Origin: Octopus bimaculoides
Taxonomy: Eukaryota
Assembly (NCBI RefSeq): GCF_001194135.2
Contig: NC_068982.1
Location: forward strand, 114,960,487-115,024,486
Reading direction: 5' to 3'
DNA: 64,000 bases
In this document: positions 12,976 through 25,542 of the stretch, piece by piece
Layout: each line of letters starts with the position of its first letter
Numbering within the stretch: the first letter of the stretch is position 1
Notes under the pieces: generated by a model
Told to the model about the DNA's origin: nothing
Databases searched by the model: none
Seen by the model: the letters and a program-made list of their open reading frames with translations, nothing else
Translations under genes and position numbers: made by a program

Positions 12976-14107
12976 CAATGAAAAATGCGAGCGCATGCAT
13001 GTTAATATTCTTAAGTTATTACACCTGGAAAAGTACAGAACAAGATTTCTACTGTAGAATTTGCCTAATTTATCACCTCTAAAGAAAACTAAAAAAATAC
13101 TTAGAATTAAAATTCTACTGTACTTAAAATATTGCAGCCGAGAATAACATTTTAAAAATCAAGATACGTTATATTAGANNNNNNNNNNAGTAGAATGGTC
13201 ATTAAATGGCTTCAAATCAACCATATGCTTAGTCAATTCTTTCACATTAAAAAAAGAAATTTAATCTGACAAATAAATCATAAGTAAAATTTATTAGTTA
13301 ACATTAATACAGTAGAATTACCCTCATTCGTCTTTGGCTAATTCGTTACTTCACCTAATTCGTCACTTTCAATTTTCTCCTAGGGATGACTAATTGGGTG
13401 AATTCTACTGTATTTTTTAAAATTAATTTTATTTTATTCCATTTTTAAAATACTGCTTTTTCCGAAAATATGCCCAAGGGCTTAAATACAGACTGAAATA
13501 ATTTTGCTGAAATAATTTTTTTCATGAAAATAATAAAAATTACTGGGGCTATAAATGAAAAGAGCTGTTGAATATAAACCCATAGACTTAAAATCGGATG
13601 AGCTAATTTTTGGTAAAAACCAGTAATGTTTTCATAATTTTTGTTTTAATAAAATATAAAAGGCAAATAGAAAATGGAGATACAGTTAATTGATAACAAC
13701 TGATTTCCATCAATTATCATTGATGGAAATCAATTGTTATCAATTAATTATATCTCCATTTTCTATTTGCTTTTGAATATTGATAAACTTCAGTTTACTT
13801 TTGTCATTACCTATTATTTATGAGCATTAACACCAATGCTCATGATTAAATATAGGTAATATACCAGTGGATTCATAGGATTCTAGTTATCCCTTGGACG
13901 GTTCTTTGAAACCTCTAACTTAATAAAATATAGTAAATTTTTAAAATGTTATTGTCGGCTGCAATATTTTAAGTACAGTAGAATTTTAATTGTAGGTACT
14001 TTTTAATTTCCTTTAGAGGTGACAAATTAGGCAAATTCCACTGTAGAAATCTTGTTCAGTACTTTTCCAGCTGAATATTAACATGCATGCGCCCGCATTT
14101 TTCATTG
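12976..14107. mobile_element. foldback/MITE-like element with about 175-bp terminal inverted arms
   Basis: 12972-13159 is the diverged reverse complement of 13937-14111. Ends CAATG...CATTG are flanked by TA. A further copy of the arm lies at about 10686-10759. Confidence 0.75.
13309..13392. mobile_element. tiny nested MITE with CAGTAGAATT(A)CCC / GGGTGAATTCTACTG inverted ends and TA flanks
   Basis: tacagtagaattaccc...gggtgaattctactgta; CAGT...ACTG ends with TA flanks are Tc1/pogo-like. Confidence 0.55.
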
Positions 14108-14727
14108 TAATATATATATATATATATATATATANNNNNNNNNNNNNNNNNNNNNNNNNNNNNNNNNNNNNNNNNNNNNNNNNNNNNNNNNNNNNNNNNN
14201 NNNNNNNNNNNNNNNNNNNNNNNNNNNNNNNNNNNNNNNNNNNNNNNNNNNNNNNNNNNNNNNNNNNNNNNNNNNNNNNNNNNNNNNNNNNNNNNNNNNN
14301 NNNNNNNNNNNNNNNNNNNNNNNNNNNNNNNNNNNNNNNNNNNNNNNNNNNNNNNNNNNNNNNNNNNNNNNNNNNNNNNNNNNNNNNNNNNNNNNNNNNN
14401 NNNNNNNNNNNNNNNNNNNNNNNNNNNNNNNNNNNNNNNNNNNNNNNNNNNNNNNNNNNNNNNNNNNNNNNNNNNNNNNNNNNNNNNNNNNNNNNNNNNN
14501 NNNNNNNNNNNNNNNNNNNNNNNNNNNNNNNNNNNNNNNNNNNNNNNNNNNNNNNNNNNNNNNNNNNNNNNNNNNNNNNNNNNNNNNNNNNNNNNNNNNN
14601 NNNNNNNNNNNNNNNNNNNNNNNNNNNNNNNNNNNNNNNNNNNNNNNNNNNNNNNNNNNNNNNNNNNNNNNNNNNNNNNNNNNNNNNNNNNNNNNNNNNN
14701 NNNNNNNNNNNNNATATATATAGATAT

Positions 14728-14785
<58 letters not shown>

Positions 14786-15027
14786 TGATTGATAGATACA
14801 TACATACATACATACATACTTACATACATATATATACATGTGTGTGCGTGTTTGCATGCTGAAATTGATTTTCTGCATCTGCTACACGAATTCGACATGT
14901 CTGAGACAACCTGCAATGGTTATTCATGAGCTCTGTTCTTGTACCCTTACCTAATCTATTGCATTTTAAAAATAAATGTAATATTCTTACATAAATTTTA
15001 TTTTCTATTTCTCAAGGGAAAACCCTT

Positions 15028-15328
15028 ATGGCAGAAGACAAAGTAATTAACAACAGTGACAGTAACCAACATACTCCCCCACCACAACCTCCCCCACCAC
15101 CACCGCTGCCTCCACCACCGCCGCCTCTGTCATCTGAAGCTGTCCGTCATTCATTCAGAATTCCTACCGGAAACCTTTCATCATTCCACAGTGCCAATGC
15201 TAACCCGTTTTTATCGTCCATGAGCGGCATAACTTCCACGCATCCCTCTTTACAGAACGCCGCTTTCCTCAACGCAGGTCTCTCTCGTCAAATATGTCTC
15301 TCAGCAGAACTGCTACCTCGTTTTATTG
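15028..15328 (+). CDS. eyg: eyegone-like Pax gene, first recognisable coding exon (poly-Pro N-terminus, vestigial PAI-like end)
   Basis: ORF MAEDKV...PPPQPPPPPPLPPPPPPL...GLSRQICLSAELLPRFI-G ends at donor G|GTAAGT (15329), phase 1, matching the phase-1 acceptor of the paired-domain exon. An acceptor-like TTTCTATTTCTCAAG ends at 15016, so the exon may start at 15017. Confidence 0.75.
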
Positions 15329-15957
15329 GTAAGTATAATTATACACACAAACGTTAACATATGTGATGCAATGAGCGTCATAGAGTATGAGAATCAATAA
15401 ATTATGTGATGAAGAAAATACATCAACACTAACTTAACGATTGTGTTTTGTGATAATGATGTCCCTGAGCAAATTTTTTCAGATATTATTTTTTTTTTAA
15501 ATTGGTATTTTAGTTATTCTCTCATCGCTTTTTCGTTAAATGTGATGAAGTCTTCGCTACGCTAAGGAGGTCTAAGATGATCGAAACATGCTGAACTTTT
15601 CTCCCGTACCTGCCGATATGATTAAAATAATATTGGTCATTGAGAGATGTTCCTGCCATGACAAGCACGTCTTTTTATGTTTTTAGGCTAGTATATCTAA
15701 AAGTACTTTATTCAGCCTTCTTTAAGACGGTAGGGTATGATAGGAAAGACATTTTTGTTGTTGTTTTTAGCTGGTCGGGTGACCACAGAAATGCACCTTT
15801 CTTTCTTCGCACTTATTAAAGAAGTTTCGTTTAGCCTTCATCTTTCATATTTCAATAGAATCAAAATATCCATTTATATACTTATATATGTGTATATGTG
15901 TGTATTATGTATGAATATATATGTATGTTCGTATGTATTTGACTGCATATGCATACA

Positions 15958-15988
<31 letters not shown>

Positions 15989-15999
15989 GTACCAGATTG

Positions 16000-17120
16000 A
16001 GTCAAAACTTTTTCGTATTTCAAGCTTTAATTAATAGTTCAAACAAATTACGTACGAAAAGCGTTACTTCATGAAAATATATCTCGTCATATTTTATTGT
16101 CTGTTGCCATCGTTGTATCAAAAGCTCTATTCCACGCTTATATTATTTGGCTGATTTAGAGGCAAAAAACTCCCTACACCTGTTTTCAACTTCATTCATA
16201 TTGTCGAACTTTTGTCCGTGCAGGAAATAAATAAAGGCTTGAAAAAAAGATAATTTGATGGTTCACGGTTTGGACTGTAGGTAGGGTGAGGCAGCACTTC
16301 CAGCTCCTCAAGTTCCTCAAGTTTACGTTTGATCACATTTGAAGTATGTATCGAGGCATTGCAATGTTGTAGGAATGCGCGTCTTCAATGGATTAATGTC
16401 GGGTAGCAGGTCTTTAAATCATCATCTCAGATGGTCATGTTGCGCATGACCATCTGAGACAAGCTCAAAGTGCAACATACCCTCGGAATTCCACTAAACA
16501 CACATGACCTTCTGTTCAAATTGCCCTTGTTTGACAACAGATTCTGAAGTCTGACCGGAACAAAGCCACTTCTTTCTCTTATTAGGATTACGGAAATAGA
16601 TCCGTTTTTTCATCACCATTTACAGTTTGAAGCTAGAAAACAGGCATCTCCAGGATTTGCCAGCAGGTGTTTGCAAATGTTCACACGTTGTTGAGCCAGG
16701 TCATTGGTCAGGTCGGGAGGAGCTTCTCAACAGCGTCTGTTCACAAAGACGAGTTTATGCAGGTATCCATTAATGGTGTTTTGTGAAGTTCTGCTGACAA
16801 TGTACGAGTGCTTGTGCTTGTTCGTTGTTCAACTATTTCAAACAAAGCCTCATCTTCCACAACAGACGGTATCCCTAACCTTGGTTTGTCTTCGAGTCTG
16901 GTATCAGCTTCCATGAAATTTCTGAGCCAGTTTTATACTACGCATTCGTTAACAGTTCCTGAGCTGTCCACATCATTAATTTCTTTTGCAGCTGACATTG
17001 CACTCAGTCCTTTTTTTCCACAAGTAGCGTAAAATAGCTCTAATTGTAATTTTTCACCACTCAATATCAAAGCTCTAAAATAAAGAATAAATAATTCAAG
17101 TTTATGTGTTCAATTAAATA
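16000..17120 (-). mobile_element. decayed mariner transposon
   Basis: The - strand gives QRVNICKHLL...(T)VNGDEK, VCLVEFRG..FEL, FLQHCNASIHT, EVLPHPTYSPNREPSNY, degenerate versions of mariner TGDEKW, HDNA and HPPYSPDLAPSDY, with frameshifts and stops. Confidence 0.85.
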
Positions 17121-17714
17121 GCTTGACTCAAAATATTAAATTTTGGCGCCAATTTACCAATCGGTGTGATTATCTTAACGATGGCACGAAAACTGTCATT
17201 TCAAAATTTTAGACAACACTTGTTAGTAGTTAGACCATTCTTTCGTTAATTATTTTATGTGACTATGTGGTTGCGAGCAGACCTAAACACCTTCTCACAT
17301 CCAACTCATTCTTGGTCAGCGGAAGATCCGGGATGTGACAGCTGAAGAGAAGGCTGCACCAGTATTGATATGGTTTTAATCTTCGGTTGAGTAGGATTGA
17401 GCAATGTGAAATGAGGTGGCCTGGTCAAGGAGACACCGCGCTGCCCAGTCTATCCAACTATGACCTTATCGTAAATCCAACACCCTTACCAAAAGAGCGC
17501 GCACCTTTACTATATGGTGCCATATTGTCCAAATATAACTGTGCAAAATGCTATCAAGCTACTATCTCCCACTGTGACATTATGTCATTGATAAAAATAA
17601 TTTACAATGTTATCCGCAGAAAAGACTGCCCTTGAATAAATATGAACAATACTTCTGCTATATAATACATACATGCATGCATACATACATGCATACGTAC
17701 ATACATACATATCA

Positions 17715-18010
17715 GTTGAAGTAATGCTGGCGCAATATTCCCATCAAAACATGTACCAAGTGCAAACGTAGCTAACCTGACAGTTTTTGTGGGATACAAA
17801 TAAGTTATGTACAGTTATAGAAGTTAGTCGCTCCACAGATGTGAACACCACTTCCGAAATCACCGACGTGAATGTTTGGACAACTGCTTCGAAAACTGCA
17901 ACTTCTGCACCCTTGTTAGAAAGAACTAGAATTTTCAAGTAAGGAGACTGGCTGACACGAATTTTACTGATACAATCTGTACATAGAACAGTAAAAATAT
18001 TCGTAACAAT
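17715..18010 (+). mobile_element. R4/Dong-type LINE restriction-like endonuclease fragment (family 2)
   Basis: W.NIPIKTCTKCKR..PD...WDTNKLCTVIEVSRSTDVN...GQLLRKLQLL, with frameshifts; homologous to 44160 and 57590. Confidence 0.65.
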
Positions 18011-18133
18011 TACCATTGTTGTTATACAAACTCCTATGATGGAACTTTTGATCCTTTGCTAGAAACTAACTCCCTCATTCTAGAAGGAATATGAATAAAT
18101 ATAAAAAGAAGGCACGCGTGCGTACGTGTGTAT

Positions 18134-18194
<61 letters not shown>

Positions 18195-18425
18195 NNNNNN
18201 NNNNNNNNNNNNNNNNNNNNNNNNNNNNNNNNNNNNNNNNNNNNNNNNNNNNNNNNNNNNNNNNNNNNNNNNNNNNNNNNNNNNNNNNNNNNNNNNNNNN
18301 NNNNNNNNNNNNNNNNNNNNNNNNNNNNNNNNNNNNNNNNNNNNNNNNNNNNNNNNNNNNNNNNNNNNNNNNNNNNNNNNNNNNNNNNNNNNNNNNNNNN
18401 NNNNNNNNNNNNNNNNNNNNNNNNN

Positions 18426-18481
<56 letters not shown>

Positions 18482-19911
18482 AAACACATGCACAAATAAA
18501 CAAACACTAGCGCATGTTCGTTTCAAAAATCAAAAGGAAATAACGTTGTGAGCAAATGATACAACACAATATGCATGTGCGCGCACGTTTGTATATATGT
18601 CTGCATATTTAGATATATATGTGTTTGCATATACGCATGTAAGTGCGTGCGTATTTCTGTGTATGTGTATACGTGTATATGTGCATGTGTAGATATGAGA
18701 ATGTGCGTATATGTATGCATTCACACTAAATATTGTGATGAAAATAAAATGTTATGTATTTCCATTAATGTAGTCTATGAGAATCTGAATTATTAGTTGA
18801 CTGCCATCTGGAGAGAATGGAATAAATCTCCTTGCTACTGAAATCTGGAATCCAAAGCACTAAAAACATTTTAAAGACAACAGACAAACAGGTGCCAGGT
18901 TTGATCAGCGATCAATTTTCATTGGGCTTGAAAGGTAATATAATAGAAAGTACAATAGACACAAGAATACAATAGGCTTTCCTGTGTCAAAGCCATCATC
19001 TACTCAGACTGCGCATTGGTTGCTTGTCTAGCTAATGTTACGATTATTGTCTATCATTATTACCTACACAATGCTTCATTCCTTTTCATTTTCTTCAGTT
19101 CCATCTTCACTTTATTTAATTGAGTGTTGTCCTCTCCCACAACCTGTTACCTATGAATGTAAGTCAGCTCTATTCTAGAACCACTTATTTCCTTGAAGAG
19201 AAAAAGAGAGTAAAAGAAGAAGCTGTGTCTATTAAAGTAGCCATCAGAATATTTCACCGTCTGAGAACTAACTCATAAAACAGCTGCACTATTGTCAGAC
19301 GTTCTTCAGTTTTAAGTAAACAAACAAATAAATACCTCACAGAAATAGATTTGGAATATTTTCCCCCTTCCGTATGATTTTAACAATTCTTTTCGTCTTC
19401 TTTAAGTCTTATTTTCTATGTTTCGTATTCTTTTGGTGAGATACATTAAAAAGTATTTGTCCTTCCACTAAATAAATGATCACAAATGTATCAGTAACAA
19501 AGTGTTAGCTAATTTTTGTTATATTTGGTTGGCTCAGCAAAAATTATTTACTGAAGTTCATAAATTCGACAAACTAGTTGAAATTCGAAGGCAGAATCAA
19601 GTTTCACACTAAATTCCATTGCTCTGCTATTTTTTGCTGCGGTCTTCCATCTATAAATATTATAAAATTTTCTTTAATTGACTTGTGTTTTACATTTTTG
19701 GTGGGAACCCCTAAAACAATCCAGGTTTTTGGATCTGGCCCGAGAATTAAAAAGGTTGAGAACCTCTAAATTAATGCCTGTCGTCGGAACCAATGGAATA
19801 TACACAATATGTTCAGAATTTATCGAAGCCTATTTTTGTATCAAGAAAGTCATACGGTTTGTAAAGAAGCCAGTAAAGTTGAATGACTAAATGAGTAAAT
19901 GATAATAATTA

Positions 19912-20552
19912 TGAGAGTTAATATTTACCCCCACTTAAACGTAGATGATCTGTTAGAACAAACTACACTGTGGTGGTTACCTTGAGAGAAACTCACATAT
20001 TGGCTTTTGTTGCAAAATGCACTCTTGTTTATATCGCTAGCGGGGAGGTAAATCCCCACCACTTTCAACACTGAAACCAATAGATCTCCTGATTTCGACC
20101 TACCTTAGTCTTCTCAATGACGGACGCTCGACCACTTCAGACTTCAGTGACTCATCTCCCCGCCAGCGATATAAAGAATAACAATACAAGAACAGGCGCT
20201 GGTGTCGCGAGTAGCCAGTGTTAGAAAATATATATTAGCAACAGAGACAGTATTAATGCCGAGACGTAATATCTATCCCCACTTAAACGTGGATGTTCTG
20301 CTAGAAAACTATACTACAGTATTTAACATGAGAGAAACCCTCATATTGACTTTTGATGAAAATGCACTCTTGTTTATATTGCTAGCGGAGAGATAAACCC
20401 TACCATCTCCAGCGCCAAGACCAGTGGTCCAGCGTCCATTATTGAAGGTCGAAATCACATGATCTGATATAGTTTGTTCTAACAGAACATCCACGTTTAA
20501 GTGGGGATAAATATTACCTCTCGGTATTAATACTACCTCTTTCGCTAATATA
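19912..20552. mobile_element. MITE (20231-20552, about 80-bp TIRs) preceded by a diverged partial copy (19912-20173)
   Basis: tatattagc..agag..agtattaat.ccgaga.gtaatat.tatccccacttaaacgtggatgttctg.tagaa occurs inverted at about 20470-20552. A direct copy of the left part lies at 19912-20060. Confidence 0.8.
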
Positions 20553-21210
20553 GATAATAATCATATGAGTTGGAATTTGTCGCCTGCCACCCCATCTGGT
20601 TACAGAGGTGTGTTTAAACAATAAAATTCGAACTCAAGGAAAACTGGTGAAGACCTATGCCAGCAATAAAGTTACTAAAATTTGAAATGTTTTGTAGATG
20701 TCAATAAGTGTTGTTATCGAAAACTTGTGTCCTGAATAACTGACTTTTTCACTCTTCACGGAAACCAATCTTATTGTACCTAAAAACTTTGGGGGATTTT
20801 GATACTTTTAGTGATGAATCTTACGTTTCAACACATACAACTCATAATCATAGTAATTTTTCGATGAACTTGAATTTATAATCTCTTACATAATTTGAAC
20901 TATATCAAATCGTTATACTTTCACGTGGTGCGATGCCTGGAATTACAAAACGATTTCAACAGACTTTACAGGTTTAATTTGAAGGTCTTCTAGAGAAAAG
21001 TCCTGATTTTAAATATAAAATATTAAATATCATATATTCTGAACTGATGAGATTTTCGCAAACCTGAATCTTTGATTTAAGATCAAAGATTATTGTGGAA
21101 TTGAATAAAGACGTATAGTACAATTAAAGCATAATATAGCTATCGTTTAATTTAACTTATAGCTATTATTTGGTTTTGCTTAATCATATATATATATATA
21201 TATATATATA

Positions 21211-22158
21211 TTAGCTGACGTACCCGGTAATTCCCGGGAAAGCGGAGCTTATCCCTTGGTTCCGTTCTCATAATTGTTTCGCTAATCCAATAACAACAAT
21301 ACAAAGTATGTAGCCCTTAAAACGGTTTTTGTACATTTACAGAGAAAACCGAAGTATCTTACACAGGATCTTGTTTTTAAGAATTCCCAATAAGTTATGA
21401 ATACCCAAATTGGGAAGTCAGTTACGTAATAACATGAAATTAGTTACCCGATAGTTAGAATGAATTCAAATAAAGTAGCCCCGAAAAGTACTTTAATGCG
21501 TTCCCAGAGTATATAAAACATAGGAGGAAATACTAATAAGCTATGTATACTAAAATTGTGAAGCATGCTACGCAATAACAGGTAGCATATGAGATACTAA
21601 CATATGAGATACTAACAATATGAGATACTAACAATTCAAAGTAAATAACTCTGAAAAGGGCTTTTGTGCGTTCCAAGAGAATATTACCCTCAGGGGCGCT
21701 AGTGTTGGTATATTCGTGAATAAGTCACTAATCGAAATAAGTGGATCTATTGTTTAGGAAAATACTATTTACTTGTTTAAGGGTTGTACTGGATAAATTG
21801 CGAAAATAACTCTTAAAGTTCAAATACTAAGAAATAAGCATACTCAATTTCATTTTTACCAAATAATTTAAGAAAGTGAATGGGTTATTTCCCTTGGCTA
21901 TATAAGTATCCCTTCCGAGAATGAATGGGTTATTTTCCTTGGTTTTTAAAATAAAATATCNNNNNNNNNNATATATAAGAATCCCTTCCAGGGGCCTTAT
22001 TATCGATTTTTTCAACAATCTGTGTATGCCATGAGGTTTCCAGACAAGAGTTCTACTCACATGTCAAGTTTCATCAAAATCGATAAAACGATGTAGGAGG
22101 AGTTAGCTAACAACTCCACAAACACACCCACAGACAGAATTTCCCACATATGTAGTAG
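21211..22158 (+). mobile_element. Helitron/Helentron-associated (DINE/Lep1-like) non-autonomous element
   Basis: Starts ttagctgacgtacccggtaattcccggg after (TA)n. Ends gtcaagtttcatcaaaatcgataaaacgatgtaggaggag...cacagacaga...tagtag. No TSD seen. Confidence 0.5.
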
Positions 22159-22683
22159 ATATCAAAAGGATGTGTTATAATACTGTTCCAAAGCCATACC
22201 TAAAATCCAATATACCTCCATCATCAACTGCCCCACGGATATCATTATGGTTTCGACACCTGGTTAATACCATTCAATCCGGTGGTGTCAACAGCACTAA
22301 AATCAGTGTTGTTTGGGAACAAACAAACCAAAGAAACCACAACTTTCAAACAATGTACAACCGTATCGATAAATAAAGTCCATAAGTAAATTACGACCCC
22401 TCTTAAATACGTAACAAAACAACTCTGTTAAGTCATAAAAAAAATTATAATCCCTACCGTCTTCCGTAGTGTAATATAAAAGTAAATCTTTAATAACCAC
22501 AGTATTTCAATCAATCAATATATAGGCAGGATTAAACACGAACCTTACTAAAACTACAACAAGATACATTTAAACCAATGTACACTGTATCGGTATTAAC
22601 AGTAAACTGCAATAACTAAATTATATACTAAATTGCGATCCATCTTTAAGGTTTGAATAATTCACCTTTGGAAACATGGGTGT

Positions 22684-22947
22684 TTTGCTCAACATCCTTA
22701 AACAAACCTTATTCAGGGACCTTTTGAGCAGGATGGGCTACTCGACCTGAAGAAAATTCTAACTGGGCCCCACCTGCGAGGTCATGTGCTGTTTATCTTG
22801 ATATGAGATCACCATGTCGTGCACATATGGTTGTGATGCATGTGCCTGGTGTACCCTTATCAGACGGGTAGTCATGATGGGTATACTGGGCTTCGTATAT
22901 TTTACCCCAGTGTCACTTTGATGGCATGCACTGCTCTCTCACTCACA
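22684..22947 (+). mobile_element. 3' end of a non-coding retroposon/LINE with residual (TAA) tail
   Basis: Ends ...gcatgcactgctctctcactca followed by taatgataata; boundary inferred. Confidence 0.5.
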
Positions 22948-22958
22948 TAATGATAATA

Positions 22959-24411
22959 GTGCTGATATCGGAATGGAGTTTGGACTGAGAAAATGTGGTG
23001 TGTTAGTCTTGAGGAGAGGCAAAATCAAATGTATGAACGGGCTAACGATACCATCGGGAGAAGTTATGAAGCAGATAGAAGAGACGGGCTATAAGTACTT
23101 GGGGATTTTGGAAATGGATAAATTGATGGAGAAAGAAATGACAGAAAAATATAAGGTGGAGTACTTGCGCAGACTGAGACTGATCCTAAAGTCGAAATTA
23201 AATGGACGGAATGAGATCGAAGCTATCAACACCTGTACGGTTTCACTCCTTAGATAGGGAGCAGGGGTAATCGCATGGACAGTAGACGAACTAGACAGAT
23301 TAGAAAAAAAGACAAGGAGGTTGCTAACTAGATATGGGTCACTCCATCCAAAAAGTGACACAGACAGACTGTATGTACCAAGAAAAAGAGGGGAAAGAGG
23401 ACTTATTGGATGCGAACACAGCGTTAGAGCAGAAGAAAACAACATAGAATGGTATGTAAAAAATGCCACAGAACCGCTATTACTAGAAGTAAGAAGGTCA
23501 GGCTTGTGTAGGATGAAATATTGCAAAGATAAAGCACTATACAAGAAATTGAAAACGAATGAAACTGAAAATAGGTGGGTAAAGAAAAGAATGCATGGTC
23601 AATTTCAAAGAGATGTTGAAGATAAGACAGAGAAAAACGATGGCTGTGGATGACTAAAAGTGATTTAAAACCGGAAACGGAGGCTCCAATCTGTGCTGCC
23701 CAAAAGTAAGCACTAAGAACAAACTACATAAAATACAGAATAGACAGCACAGCAGAAAGTGATAAGTGCAGAATCTGTGGAAAACGGTGAAACCGTATGG
23801 CATATTACCAGCCAATTTACGCCACTAGCCCAGAAGGAATATATGAGACGCCACGACAATATAGCCAGGCTTGTCCATTGGGCACTTTGCAACAAGTATG
23901 GACTTGACAAAGCAAAAAATTGGTACGAGCACAAACCTGAAGGCATTATCGAAAATAGAAATGCAAAGATCCTATGGGATTTTATGATTCAGTGTGACCA
24001 TGAGATAGAGAATAGGAAGCTGGACATAGTCTTAATTGAGAAAGAAAACAAACTATGCTGGTTCATAGACATAGCATGCCCAGCTGACAACAAGGTATGC
24101 GATAAGGAAGAAAGAAAAGTCGAGAGATGTGACAGGTTAGCTTGGGAAGTTAAGCAGTTGTGGTCGAGGAAAAAGGTAGCAGTAATGCAAATAATTGTCG
24201 GAGCCATGGGAACAGTGAGCAAAAATCTCGAGAAGTACGCGGAACAAATAGGGGTTGCAATAAGGGTAGAGCACTTGCAGAAAACAACACTGCTTGGAAC
24301 CGCTCAAATACTCCGGAAGGTACTCGAAAAATAAGAGGTGTTACCTTTGTTCACTGGTAGTGAACAGCTGACACTGTAATACATTTCCAGCGTTAGAAGC
24401 TGTGCAAAGGC
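22959..24411 (+). mobile_element. 5'-truncated R4-clade (Dong/Rex6-like) non-LTR retrotransposon, frameshifted
   Basis: DIGMEFGLRKC...YKYLG (RT end), LHPKSDTDRLYVPRKRGERGL, CRIC..ETVWHI (CCHC), RRHDNIARLVHW, ILWDF.IQCD...KLDIV...IDIACP (RLE), LLGTAQILRKVL, followed by a long (AAT)n. Confidence 0.92.

Positions 24412-24494
<83 letters not shown>
24412..24494. repeat. (AAT)n tail/target of the R4-like element
   Basis: About 27 perfect AAT units. Confidence 0.95.
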
Positions 24495-24496
<2 letters not shown>

Positions 24497-25505
24497 TTAA
24501 GTATATAAGAATAAAAAGAAAGGATGAAAATAAAGATTAATAATAAATAATAAAAGTAATGAAATATATTAATAATAAAATATTAATAAAATATAAATGG
24601 AATAAAAGTTTTTTTTACAAAACATGGATGTCCGTGGTCCATTTTACTTTATGTGTGAGTGTATGTTCGTGTGTTTACATGTGTGCTAGTATGTGTATAT
24701 ACGTATGTTTACTACCTAAGTTAATTTATGTATACGTATGTGTGTGCACATATAGATGTTTACTGTCTAAGTTGATTTATGTGAACGTAAGTGTGTATGT
24801 TAGTAACGTGTTATGAAGTCAAATCAGTTTGTTTATAACGGTTTTTTTGTTATATTTCTGCTGCTTTTAAATAAAGTATATATANNNNNNNNNNNNNNNN
24901 NNNNNNNNNNNNNNNNNNNNNNNNNNNNNNNNNNNNNNNNNNNNNNNNNNNNNNNNNNNNNNNNNNNNNNNNNNNNNNNNNNNNNNNNNNNNNNNNNNNN
25001 NNNNNNNNNNNNNNNNNNNNNNNNNNNNNNNNNNNNNNNNNNNNNNNNNNNNNNNNNNNNNNNNNNNNNNNNNNNNNNNNNNNNNNNNNNNNNNNNNNNN
25101 NNNNNNNNNNNNNNNNNNNNNNNNNNNNNNNNNNNNNNNNNNNNNNNNNNNNNNNNNNNNNNNNNNNNNNNNNNNNNNNNNNNNNNNNNNNNNNNNNNNN
25201 NNNNNNNNNNNNNNNNNNNNNNNNNNNNNNNNNNNNNNNNNNNNNNNNNNNNNNNNNNNNNNNNNNNNNNNNNNNNNNNNNNNNNNNNNNNNNNNNNNNN
25301 NNNNNNNNNNNNNNNNNNNNNNNNNNNNNNNNNNNNNNNNNNNNNNNNNNNNNNNNNNNNNNNNNNNNNNNNNNNNNNNNNNNNNNNNNNNNNNNNNNNN
25401 NNNNNNNNNNNNNNNNNNNNNNNNNNNNNNNNNNNNNNNNNNNNNNNNNNNNNNNNNNNNNNNNNNNNNNNNNNNNNNNNNNNNNNNNNNNNNNNNNNNN
25501 NTCTC

Positions 25506-25542
<37 letters not shown>

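Noticed and set aside
15562-15596. Hammerhead-like CTAAGGA-GGTC..GATC-GAAA-CATG
   Set aside because: Core G5 lost, no UH site and no stem I.
21054-21110. CTGATGAG followed by small hairpins
   Set aside because: No GAAA positioned after a stem II.
23089-23544. 151-aa - strand ORF
   Set aside because: Antisense shadow of the R4-like LINE ORF.
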